A stretch of 63,372 bases of DNA, the filler included, from Globobulimina sp. (Eukaryota): the NCBI GenBank assembly GCA_003354225.1. It is 33 parts of 33 records of this genome, joined end to end, with 100 filler letters (N's around TTAATTAATTAA, not from the genome) between each part and the next. Parts side by side here need not be neighbours in the genome. Positions count along the whole stretch, not along the records: positions 21,171 to 22,994 come from PIVH01011514.1; positions 23,095 to 24,918 come from PIVH01011515.1; positions 25,019 to 26,842 come from PIVH01011516.1; positions 26,943 to 28,766 come from PIVH01011517.1; positions 28,867 to 30,689 come from PIVH01011518.1; positions 30,790 to 32,612 come from PIVH01011519.1; positions 32,713 to 34,535 come from PIVH01011520.1; 26 more parts are not named here. One strand, 5' to 3'. A program made the translations under genes and the position numbers. Positions 22,168 through 33,100 of this stretch are shown here, in pieces. How positions within the stretch are numbered: position 1 is the stretch's first letter; every line of letters begins with the position of its first letter. The notes below the pieces were generated by a model that was not told where the DNA came from, made no database searches, and saw only the letters and a program-made list of their open reading frames with translations.

Positions 22168-22994
22168 AGTACATATCGGAGAGCCTAATGTCGTCAGTGA
22201 TTTTAACCCCAAAGAATGGGAAAAAAAGCATATATTCACCGTTTGATGAAGAATCAAATTCGAACTCGCAAGATGATATTGATGAATCTTCACCACTTCT
22301 CGATTCCCCAATGTTTGAAAGTGAATTTCGTTTATCAGAATTTTTTTATCAACATATTGATCGCAGAACCCGTTTTTTAGTCATTCCAACATTCCTCACA
22401 GTCGCTATTATCTCACTCATTGTCTGTATCATAGCCATTGTTGGTGCAATCAATGCATTTGCCGCATTAATAACAATCATAATATTCACTTGGTTGGCTT
22501 CCTGTGTTGGAATGTTTGGTCTTCACAGATGGGGTATCTCTGATATATATAAGTAATAATATATATATAATATAAGAAATAATATATAACTATAGGTTCA
22601 GTGGAAGAGTGTAGCGGTTATTTCAAGAGAAAAAATGTTGAGTATGGTGATGAATTGGATAAATTAGAAAGTACCAAACAAAATGTTCGTGAACATGCGC
22701 AAGGTATTTATTATTCAGTCGGTAAATTAAACCGCATCGCGGATGACTTAGAACAGAATTTGAATGAATTTGAAATATTAAGGCAAGAACTGGAGAAAGT
22801 ATGCGATAAAAACGAGTCATTAAAAGTTATGTTGGATGAAGTGAATGCGCAATATGACGATTGGCAGCAATTAATTTATGACAATGAGAAGGCACATTTG
22901 ACCGGAATTTATTATGAGACCTCGCTGCGTGACGGGGAGAAGGGGTTAAATAAAGAAGAATATATTCGGTTTTTAGGACGCTTGAATGCGAAAA
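22168..22994 (+). CDS. Two-TM, coiled-coil, EF-hand-like protein (3' partial); intron 22534-22595
   Basis: The spliced join gives LHRWG-SVEEC; hydrophobic hairpin; heptads; DGEKGLNKEEY EF-hand-like loop. Confidence 0.6.
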
Positions 22995-23553
22995 NNNNNN
23001 NNNNNNNNNNNNNNNNNNNNNNNNNNNNNNNNNNNNNNTTAATTAATTAANNNNNNNNNNNNNNNNNNNNNNNNNNNNNNNNNNNNNNNNNNNNTAATGT
23101 TTTGGCCGACCCATATATTATGTATTCCTAATAAAATTTACTCAAACTTAAAGACGATACACCTTTCCGACCATTTAAAAAGTCGAAAAATGATGGCGTT
23201 TTGTCCTGTGTTATAAAAAGGCACCTTTTTTACTTTTGCCCCATTTTTGGAGGTAGAGTAGAGACAGTTAGAGGGTCTATCACGATCTTGTAAAAAGTAA
23301 ATAGTGTTCTCTTGTAGCTATATGTCAAAAGAGACAAAAATGCACCCCACCCCCTACGAAATGGCTGCCATTTTTATTACACAAAAAGGAACTAATCTAA
23401 ACTAGAAACAACATCAAGTTCTGGGAGCAAGAGACATGAGCAAGAGCATATCGGTTTTTTGGGGATTACTGTACTTTCACAGCGAAAAAAGGAATATGGT
23501 ATGTTTTTTTTGGTTGGAAAACAGAATACTTGAGTTTTCATATGGTAAACCCC

Positions 23554-24205
23554 TCCCCCAATGTTTTACTAAAGATTCATGACTGTAATACAGGAAGTAA
23601 TACATAAAGAGAAAATTTAAATGGTAGTGTGCTGCAAAAGTTGTTCAAACAAATAACATTTTCAATAGAACGAAACTTTTGAGTTGTATATTGTCGAAAT
23701 AATATAGTAAAAATCACACAAATAATGTATGACTGGATAAAACCTGTTTGACAAATCAGCAAGAAACGACGCGATCTCTGAGTATATATGTAATGCGAAT
23801 GTTTTAAAAATGCACAAGCAATAAATGAACCAAGGTTGGGATAACATTCCGGGCCACTGCTCCAGGCAAGATCACATCATACACAATATACCAAGGTTGG
23901 ATAACATTCCGGACCACTGCCGCAGGCAAGATCACACTAAAAATGTGTGACAAAAATGGCCTGTGGTGGTGTTTCTGTTGCTCTGGTTCCGATTGCTCCA
24001 TGCAATGGATGTGTTATTTAGTCAAAATTGCCCATAAAATAGTATGGATCACGCAAATATTGGATAACCCGATAAAACCTGTCTGAGGAATCACTGAGAA
24101 ACGGTGTGATCTCTGAGTATATATGTAGTGATAGTATTATTTTTTATACGAATTTTAATATGACGTTTTGTTCATAAACGTTCCCCCAATGTTTTACTAA
24201 AGATT
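23554..24205. repeat. Cluster of short direct repeats in a non-coding contig
   Basis: tcccccaatgttttactaaagatt at 23554 and 24182; gataaaacctgt...gatctctgagtatatatgta at 23736 and 24071; near-tandem 47-48 nt at 23829 and 23890. Confidence 0.85.
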
Positions 24206-24644
24206 AATGAATGGCTACAGGCATGATCATACCAAAAGTGTATGAACCGCCCCAGGTACTCGTACTAAAAATGATTGCAGCGGTGTTTTTGTTTTACAAA
24301 CAGTTGTCAAATAACGGGTTCTTCGACAGGTTTTATAATTGTTAAACAGGTGCATCGATTTAATTTTAAAAATGTCAACTACCCGGTCGTACCACTATGT
24401 AAAAGAATTATTTTTATTTCAAATGTTTTCAGAAACTCTTTATTTTGAGGCATGAAATGGCACAGGATCAAGAGATTTTTGTGAAAACGGTTATTTTAAC
24501 CCTGTGTGGCAGAGGAACAATTGGCATGTGAGCCATATTCTATGAAATGTTCTATTTTGAGTGAGATGTGCCAGTGGAACAAGAACTACTTTCTGTAAAA
24601 GTGCTTATTTTGAGTCAGGTTAGTTATCTTTATTATTTGATTAT

Positions 24645-24918
24645 ATTTAAAAAAAGACATGTACCTGAATCATTCGTAGGTGATGAACCTTCGGATGCCC
24701 ACATATATGTGGGCACGCCCACATATATGTGGGCTAAACAACTCTGCGCCCACATAACCAACTGTTTTGTTAGTTTTTGGTCATTTTTCACTCTTGCGCC
24801 CACATATATGTGGGCGCAGAGTTGTTTAGCCCACATATATGTGTGCGTGCCCACATATATGTGGGCATCCGAAGGTTCATCACTTACGAATGATTCAGGT
24901 ACATGTCTTTTTTTAAAT
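24645..24918. mobile_element. Fold-back/MITE-like palindrome: 112-bp inverted arms, 50-nt spacer, internal GCCCACATATATGTGGGC palindromes
   Basis: 24645-24756 is the reverse complement of 24807-24918 with 2 mismatches; the 18-mer occurs at 24697, 24717, 24798, 24829 (1 mismatch) and 24849. Confidence 0.65.
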
Positions 24919-25018
24919 NNNNNNNNNNNNNNNNNNNNNNNNNNNNNNNNNNNNNNNNNNNNTTAATTAATTAANNNNNNNNNNNNNNNNNNNNNNNNNN
25001 NNNNNNNNNNNNNNNNNN

Positions 25019-25426
25019 GAATATTTGATTTGAAAATGTATATTGAAATCTGGCGATAAAAACCAATAACATTGATAAATGGCCCAATGCATCAAAAACT
25101 GCGATCAAATATTCAAATGCATCATGGGTCAAAACAAAGAAGGTGTCAGATATCAATGGTTGACTCGAAACTATATCATCCAACAAATAAACTTGGAATA
25201 CTAAAATAGTGGTACATATTAATGATAATTCGAAAGCTAATATGCCAACAATTGTTGCAATCAAAATTAAAAGTAATTTGTTTGTTTCTTTTGATTTTTT
25301 GTGTTTCCATTTTGTAAATGTTTTGTAAATGAGATGAATAATAATACCCAATAAAATAGATGCAAATGTCACAAACATAAAAATGACAATAGGTGCTACA
25401 AATAATTCAAAAGAATAATTGACCAT
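25019..25426 (-). CDS. GPCR-like multi-pass membrane protein, N-terminus (3' partial)
   Basis: Three consecutive TM helices ending in LVFIARFQYTF. Confidence 0.55.
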
Positions 25427-25628
25427 TTTTTCAGAATTAATTTATTTTGGACTAGGGTTGACAACACTAACTCTTTCGTCATTTTGCTTGCCTTTTTATT
25501 TGTTGTATTGTGTGTGTATTGCCATGCTCCCTAATTCAGATTGACATACGTGGTCAACGACCATAAAGTTGTATTTTAAAACTTATTTCTGTATGGTGTA
25601 CAGTGAAAAAAGTCTCGACAAGATCATC

Positions 25629-26842
25629 ATGAGTTCACCAGTACAGAATACTGGTGGTAATGGAGAAGGCAATGTTGATCCACATACCCATTTTGAAGAA
25701 TGGTTGAAATCACATAAAGCAACACAAGCGCTCATCACCAAATTGTATGAAAATGGGATGGATTCGATGTATGTTTGCTATTTACTTGCCATTTTAATAA
25801 CAATTAACAATCAACATCAAATAAAAGAGAAATGTTTGAAGAAATTAAAGTTGATGACATTCAAGATTTAGCACATGAATGGAATCTATCCACTACAGAA
25901 AGACTTAAATTGCAATATATAATCAAAAAAATGCCAAACAAATCGAAGCAATTAAATGTATGTAATACATAATAAAATCATGGCATGATATGATATTATT
26001 ATTATTATGTGCACAAATAATACACATACATGAATGTAGAATGTTATATATCCGGAGGAAAAACAAGCAATTTTACAAATGCAGAAAAAATTAAAAGATA
26101 TTAAACAATCAATCTCTGATATCGATGAAGCTAAACAAAGTATGATGTATTATAATATTAACAATATATGATTTTGCAAAATAACAGATATTAAGAATGA
26201 AGTAACAAAATTTGGCAAATTAATAACAAGCACATATGATGATATTGTAACTAAAGTGATTGCGCGGAAAGATTCATTACTTGTGGAATTAAAGAGCATT
26301 GCAAATGAGAGCTTTGCCGATTTAAACAAAATATATGGGCAAATGGAAGGAAATTCAGTCATTGCCTCATCAGTTAAGTGATATACGGATAAATAGAGAT
26401 CATTTATGTGATTACATGCTCACAACTACAAACCACATAGCATATAAGCTGCTGTTATGAAGCAATCCATAAGAAAGTGGATCTGACTGCAATTGATGAA
26501 AGAAAAGCGAATATATTAAAAGTTGCAAAAACTGTGAATGATATGATTATTGTTGATAAGAATGATCCATTAATTAAGAACAGCGGAATTGACTTCAGTT
26601 GCAATACAGAAGAAGTAATTAACATTATCAATAAATCAGGTCATTTTGTATCTGTTCCTACTCCAATTTTGAGCAAGATTGAGCAAATATGTGACGGGAT
26701 AAAAATACAATGGAAATTCGAGAAACAAGCAAAAGTGAATAAACTGAAAGTTGAATGGTGTTCTGTGGATATGAAGGAGGAGGATGCTAAAATTGATGAT
26801 GTAAAACTTGAGTGGAAAAATAGTAAAATATTTGATGTTCAT
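25629..26842 (+). CDS. SAM-like / coiled-coil / FN3 protein (3' partial); introns 25769-25827, 25958-26039, 26140-26187, 26373-26440
   Basis: All four GT-AG introns splice in frame: EEWLK...GMDSIEMFEEI..DDIQDLAHEWNLSTTERLKL...PTPIL...IKIQWK. Confidence 0.75.
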
Positions 26843-26942
26843 NNNNNNNNNNNNNNNNNNNNNNNNNNNNNNNNNNNNNNNNNNNNTTAATTAATTAANN
26901 NNNNNNNNNNNNNNNNNNNNNNNNNNNNNNNNNNNNNNNNNN

Positions 26943-27277
26943 GATAAGGATAATGGCAAAGTAGGTGTAGGTGCAGGTTCACGTGGTAGTATTTCAAATG
27001 GTAATGACAATACAAATAATAGCAGCAACAGCAGCAGTAATAGTGATGAAAACGATGAGTTACTGACACCGCCAACACCCACACAAAATTATATTACAAA
27101 GGACAGTATAAGTGTCTAAAAAACATGTACCGTATTATATAATTAATATTTGTTTTTCTGTATTTTTTTTTCCACTTTTTTTTTTTGTGATTGACTGATA
27201 TTATTTGTATTGTCATTACCATTTGAAATACTACCACGTGAACCTGCACCTACACCTACTTTGCCATTATCCTTATC
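26943..27277. other. Inverted 79-bp duplication (26943-27021 / 27199-27277): fold-back chimera junction
   Basis: Exact reverse complement; the + copy continues in frame to TAA at 27117-27119 and an AT-rich UTR. Confidence 0.85.
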
Positions 27278-28765
27278 CTGTTGCTTAAACTCAGAAACAT
27301 TTAAAACGATACTATTTTGTTGATGATGATCCGAGTCATCATGTATTAAAAACGTATGATGATATTGTTCAGATTCATTTCGTCGCCTTCTTAGAACATT
27401 TGTAATCATATTTTCATTATGAATAATATGATTTGATGCATTTTTATGAATAGGATATGGTGCCGGTATTTGTGGCGGCGATGCAATCATTGGCGAAAAT
27501 ATTGGTGTTGAATGTGAATGTGATTGTGAGTGCGCTGAGGATGTCGTTGATAAATTATCCATTTTATCCTGCGAATTGTAAAAAATTGGTGACGCATTTC
27601 GCGATATGCTATTATGTCGCATATCGCCTGTGATTATATTTAATTGTTCGTGATCATCTTTTGAGACACTGTTGCTTTGTGACTTATATACTGCGCGAGA
27701 TATGCCACGATTAACTCGTGTGCTGTAAAATAAATTGTATTCCTCATTCTCGTTTCTATGAATTGCATCAAATATCTTATGTTGTTTTGAGAGATGGTAT
27801 AATATTTTCATCGCACTTGCAAATATTTTTGTGAATGGAAGTAATAATTTCTTGTCATTGAAGGTGAACTCAAAGGTATTTTCTTTGTTTTCTTTATTAA
27901 TTAATTGTATGATACCAATCAATTGCTTATCGATATATTCTTCATTACTGAAATACAGCGGAGATATTAATGTGGAATCAATATTTTCTACAGATGGATT
28001 ATTACAACATTTCATTGAATTTGTATCGAAATCTCTCTCTTCATTCTCCTCCTTCATAATATCCATTAATACAGATTTGTTTTTGTCATTGTTCTCAATA
28101 TTATTATTTAAATCTATTATAATTTGTTGTTTTGCATTTAAGTTATTTTGTGGGTATATTATTTGTAAAATATTGTTCCATTTGAAATATAACCGAACAT
28201 ATTGACAGGACATAATTTTTGCTATTTTCTGACATAATAACTTTAACATTAATGGTGGATTATTTTGTAAAATACAATTTGTTATTATTGCGTATAAGCA
28301 CTCTTTTTCTTGCAAATTAATACAATGTTCATTCAATCCAACAATGCCTTGACGTAATGATAACATATTCTTGGCATTGTAATTATTATTCACTTTATTC
28401 TCACTCAAACATTCCAGGCATTGTTCAAATATTTTAAATATCGCTTGATTCTGATTCTCATTATGTTGATTATGTTCATTTAACAGTTTGTTATAATCAA
28501 TATATACAAAAATATTATCAAAATTATCAATATCAAGTTGTCGCAATGAAGACTGCATATTCTTCTTCTCATTTATATCAATTATATTTGTATGATGTTG
28601 CAACTGTATTAACTGCGGATTTATATTGATGGAATCACATAATTGCGATACAAATTCATTCAAATTTATACCTTGGCATACTTTTATTGTATTACTCGCA
28701 TTCTTGAACAATTTATCTTTATATTTTATGATCACAGATATAAATTTACCATTCTCCTCATTATG
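27199..28765 (-). CDS. GAF-domain protein (5' partial); its true C-terminus is displaced to + strand 26943-27119
   Basis: IAKIMSCQYVRLYF and STLISPL...LIGIIQLINK...FTFNDKKLL..F are GAF signatures. Confidence 0.75.
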
Positions 28766-29037
28766 ANNNNNNNNNNNNNNNNNNNNNNNNNNNNNNNNNN
28801 NNNNNNNNNNTTAATTAATTAANNNNNNNNNNNNNNNNNNNNNNNNNNNNNNNNNNNNNNNNNNNNTTGGCTGGCTCCGCCATTAGGGGCGGAGCTTGAC
28901 CAGTGGCCATTCTGGCCCTGGTCTTCTGGTCATTCAACCAGTTTGCTCGCTGACCAACAGCTCATCTAATTAATTGGTTTTTATTATCTCTCTTTCTCTG
29001 TTACCACTGTTATTTATTGTGTTTTTCAATTTCGTCT

Positions 29038-29775
29038 ATGGAAAACCCTGACGATTCGGCTGTCATCCAAGACGAAGAAAGGATCGACGACGACCGTGTT
29101 TCTCCTCGTCCTGGCCCCTCTTCGTCTGTTACAATCTCTGTAGATATCCTTCAGGACATTCGTTCAAAGTTGGAAGCCCTTGAAGCTCAAGTCTTGGTTC
29201 CCCGTTCATCGTCTCCCGATTCCTTCAATACTGATTCCCCCGACGAATCAGTTGCCGATTTCGTCTCCCGTATTCGTTCAGAATTACCCCGTCCAGAAGA
29301 AGTGGAATTTGCCAAGCCATTTTGCAAGGATCGTTATGTCGACCTCTATCCTGTTTTCAAATCGCTCTGCTCGGTCCTCGATGGTTCGGCCTCGATTCCG
29401 CAAGTCGCCGTCTACAACGCAACCAAAACGCTTGCGGGGGTCATGCACGAAACTCGAATCGCTGATTCATATCAAATGGGATTCACCCTCGTCAAAGAGC
29501 TTCGGCGCAAGCCGGTTTTCACATCCGACGCCCAGCAAAAGTCTGTCGATAAAGTCCACAAAGCTCTCTTGGCCAAGCAATCCGAAACCAAGGCAAAAAA
29601 GGCCAAACCCGGTCAATCCAGTTCCTATTCTCGTTGGCAAGCCCAAAAGCAAGGTGGTCGCAGCAGTTACGCCCCAAATCGTGCGATCGGCAAGCCCAAA
29701 TATGGCTCCTGCTTCACCTGTGGCGAATATGGGCATCATGCCCCTCGATGCCCCAAAAAAGAAGACCAAAAATGA
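29038..29775 (+). CDS. gag: Gag-like protein with CCHC zinc knuckle
   Basis: CFTCGEYGHHAPRC (C-X2-C-X4-H-X4-C) at the C-terminus. Confidence 0.85.
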   Translation: MENPDDSAVIQDEERIDDDRVSPRPGPSSSVTISVDILQDIRSKLEALEAQVLVPRSSSPDSFNTDSPDESVADFVSRIRSELPRPEEVEFAKPFCKDRYVDLYPVFKSLCSVLDGSASIPQVAVYNATKTLAGVMHETRIADSYQMGFTLVKELRRKPVFTSDAQQKSVDKVHKALLAKQSETKAKKAKPGQSSSYSRWQAQKQGGRSSYAPNRAIGKPKYGSCFTCGEYGHHAPRCPKKEDQK

Positions 29776-30689
29776 TTCATTGTTCGACATTCGGGCTTGT
29801 AAGTCTATGATAAGTGTTATTGATGCTATGTCTGTAGAAAATAGAAACCTATTATCAGCTATTATAGCTTGCCCAGCCGACTTGCGGGCAGTCGATGTTA
29901 AATCTAGGCAGGTTTTGTTAAACTGGCTCGCGCCTTTATGGGATAATACACCCTATTTGCCTATATTTGGCTCTTTGGCACGCTGTGCGCAGTTCTGGCA
30001 GTCCATTGGCACCCACCCCTTTTTATTGTCTATTATAGAGTCAGGCTACCGTATACCATTTATTCACTACCCTCCTATTATGTTTAGTAATAATAATGCC
30101 TCGGCTTTGGCTCATTCTGATTTTGTTCTCTCAGAAATTCGGGGTCTTTTACGTAATGGGTTTTGTAAGTTGGTTCCTAAAAAACCACATTGTGTCAGCC
30201 CGCTGCAAGTAGCTTTCCATCCGCGCACTAAAAAGAAGCGGCTAATATTGGACCTTTCTAAAGTTAATAAATTTATCTATAAGCAATCTTTTCGTATGGA
30301 TACGTTGCAGGCGTCTGCGCCTTGTTTCCCCGATGGGGGTTTTGCTTTCTCTTATGATTTTAAGAGTTTTTTCCATCATGTACAGGTTCATCCGGACTCC
30401 CAGACATTCCTAGGATTCTCTTTTACTGTAGGGGGTTGCACCTTTTATGCACAGTTTACGGTTTGTCCCTTTGGGCTCTCTCCGGTTCCCTGGCTAGTTA
30501 CCAAACTCATGAAGCCAGTGCTTACACATTGGAGAGGCCAGGGATTCGTGCATTTTTTGTATATCGATGATGGCATCGGTATGAGTCAGTCTCTAGAAGA
30601 CTGTCGGGCACAGTCCCGAAAGGTCAAAACAGACCTTGCCCGTTTGGGCTTGTTTACACAACCTAAAAAGTGTGTTTGGGAACCCCGCC
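29180..30689 (+). CDS. pol: Reverse transcriptase (DIRS-type), 3' partial; start uncertain (in-frame ATG 29807 follows the gag stop)
   Basis: FWQSIG...IIESGYRIPF, NNASAL, VSPLQV, KKRLILDL, CPFGLS.VPWLVTKLMKP, YIDDG, KKCVWEP. Confidence 0.92.
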
Positions 30690-30831
30690 NNNNNNNNNNN
30701 NNNNNNNNNNNNNNNNNNNNNNNNNNNNNNNNNTTAATTAATTAANNNNNNNNNNNNNNNNNNNNNNNNNNNNNNNNNNNNNNNNNNNNGCCAGCTTTCT
30801 CATTTGAGTAGAACGTTTTTTTAAAGCAATC

Positions 30832-31928
30832 ATGCCGCGTACTTTCTCAGTTGGTATGTATAAACAAATTAAAATACGTACATATGTATGGTATAATTGA
30901 TTTAAATATAAAATGAAATTGCAGAACCTGCGAAATCGAGTCGATCAAAATGCAAAAAATGTTCAGAAAAAATTAAGAAAGATTCACTCAGAATGGGCAC
31001 TCACAATGAATCTGATGATCGTCAAATGACAAATTGGTTCCATCTCAGTTAAATTGTACTATTTATTCCATTTTATAATCTCACGATTCACAAAGCATCA
31101 AAACAAAATTATAACAAATAGAATGTTTCAAGAAAAAAATCAGAAAAGGACCACCAACAAAGAAAGATATTACAGGTTTTAAATCATTGTCATCGTCCAA
31201 TAAAAAAAAAGTGTTAAAATATGTATTTGGTGATGGCAGCGATGATGAATCAGATTCTTCCGATTCCAGCAGCGATGATGATGACGCTCCAATTATTAAA
31301 AAAAGGTTAATGTACAAATTCCCATAAAAAACTATAATGTTTTAATTATAAAAAATAATTTGAACAGAACAAGAAAGCGGAAATTAAGCAGCGATGAAGA
31401 ATCAAAAAACGAGCAAGCGACAAAAAAGAGAAAATTAAGCATCGCAAACATGAATGATATGAATGCGACTGAATTAAAAGCAAAATGTAAAGAATTTGGG
31501 TTAAAACAATCGGGCAAAAAGGCAGAGATAAGAGAGAGAATAAAGACACATATTCAAGAACAAGAAACTAAAAACAAGTAAAAAATTCAAAACAATATCA
31601 AAAAGATCAGAAAAAATGTAAAGAAATGATTGAAGATTTAAAACAAAACACAGTGAGTGTTTTGAAGGCAATGTTGGCTAAAAATAATGTGAAAAGAAGT
31701 GGACTCAAACAGGAAATAATTGAAAGAGTGGCTGATTGCAAAATGTATGGCGTTTATCCAAAATGCCCGGAATGTGGTGGTGGTACATTAAAAGTAAAAT
31801 ATTTAAATAAATATGCGCATAATGGACAAGGCAAATGGTTTTGTAATGGATATATGGACGATGATGAATTTGTACATTGTGGCTTTAAATCGCAAGAGGT
31901 TTTTAAAAGAAAAAAATGGATCGATTAA
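30832..31928 (+). CDS. zf-PARP / SAP / SAP / PADR1 (PARP1 Zn3) protein with no catalytic domain; introns 30854-30924, 31048-31121, 31306-31367; frameshift at 31570-31574
   Basis: Spliced SVEPAKSSRSKCKKCSEKIKKDSLRMG...WFHLKCF (zf-PARP); ELKAKCKEFGLKQSGKKAEIRERI (SAP); RVADCKMYG..PKCPECGGG...CNGY.....HC (PADR1); TAA at 31926-31928. Confidence 0.85.
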
Positions 31929-32063
31929 TAATAAATGAATTGCACTGTTCTAACGGTACATTTTTATTTATTTATTTCACAAAACATATCAAATGTAGCC
32001 TTGCACTCAATTTTTAATTTTAAATGTTTGTTTCACTCAAACACAAAAAAACAGTTTTATTTA

Positions 32064-32612
32064 ATGGCAGCGCCAAAAGTAGAAAAAAAATGCAATGAAA
32101 ACGAGAAAAATAAGGACCAAAAAGCACCAACATGCCCTGGATGGGATTTAATGTGTGAAGCGTCAAAAACGTTACTATTTCATGAGGACAATGTATGTCA
32201 AATCAAGCGATCAAAAAATGATAATCGTGTAATGTATCAAGCAAATTGTATAATTGATGAGAAAGGTAAAAAACAATTGGATCCACAGTGTCCAATCAAA
32301 GTGTTTTGGTTAAAAATCGAGCCATCGTATATTGAAAAACATCGTAAATCGGGAAAGAACGATGATAGGACAGAATTAACATTTTTAGAGAATAATATGG
32401 CGTATGGCATATCATGGCAAGTGCATGGGGATCAGAAAAATAATGAGTATAAGATTACATTTGTTGCGTTAAAAGAGCGTCCTGCGATTTTAAAAATCGA
32501 CCCCAAGGATGGTAATCCAAAATGTTTTGGTTTTGTTGATGATGACAAAGGTAATAAAGTCAAAGCGATTTTAACTGATATGTTCGTACAGACAAAAGAG
32601 AATTGGATTGGT
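32064..32612 (+). CDS. DUF4833-like protein (3' partial)
   Basis: IKRSKNDNRVMY, LDPQCPIKVFWL and ELTFLENNMAYG match the recalled DUF4833 pattern. Confidence 0.65.
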
Positions 32613-33100
32613 NNNNNNNNNNNNNNNNNNNNNNNNNNNNNNNNNNNNNNNNNNNNTTAATTAATTAANNNNNNNNNNNNNNNNNNNNNNNNNNNNNNNN
32701 NNNNNNNNNNNNCTGATAACTTATATCGACAAACATTGCAACCATGGGCAGTTACAAAGTCAGACTCCAATGAAGGGAATATGGGACCAGTTGCAACCAA
32801 ACAAATGGAGATAGATAATAATAGCGAGGAATCAAATAATGAGAGTAATGATAGTGAGAAAATGTATGACAAAGATTGGAAAGGGGAAGGCGATAATGAG
32901 TGTACTGCAGGGAATACACCTCAAACGTTACATGGAGTGTAGTTTATAAATCACACGTTTCTGTACATATTCTACATATTCTAGTATAATAAAAACATAC
33001 ATATAATATTATATTTTCTGTTCCGCCTGCTTAAATAAGTTTAATTATTGAGTGTGTCGACTCTATTTTCCACTGAAAAACACCTTACAAATCAATATTG

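Larger units (their letters stand above)
28867..30689 (+). mobile_element. DIRS-order (tyrosine-recombinase) retrotransposon, 5' part
   Basis: Gag with CCHC knuckle overlapping a DIRS/PAT/Ngaro-type RT ORF; no introns; GC-richer than the host contigs. Confidence 0.85.

Noticed and set aside
24568-24966. ORFs 24568-24966 (+) and 24633-24854 (-) with AHIYVG repeats
   Set aside because: They are mirror translations of the DNA palindrome, not protein-like.
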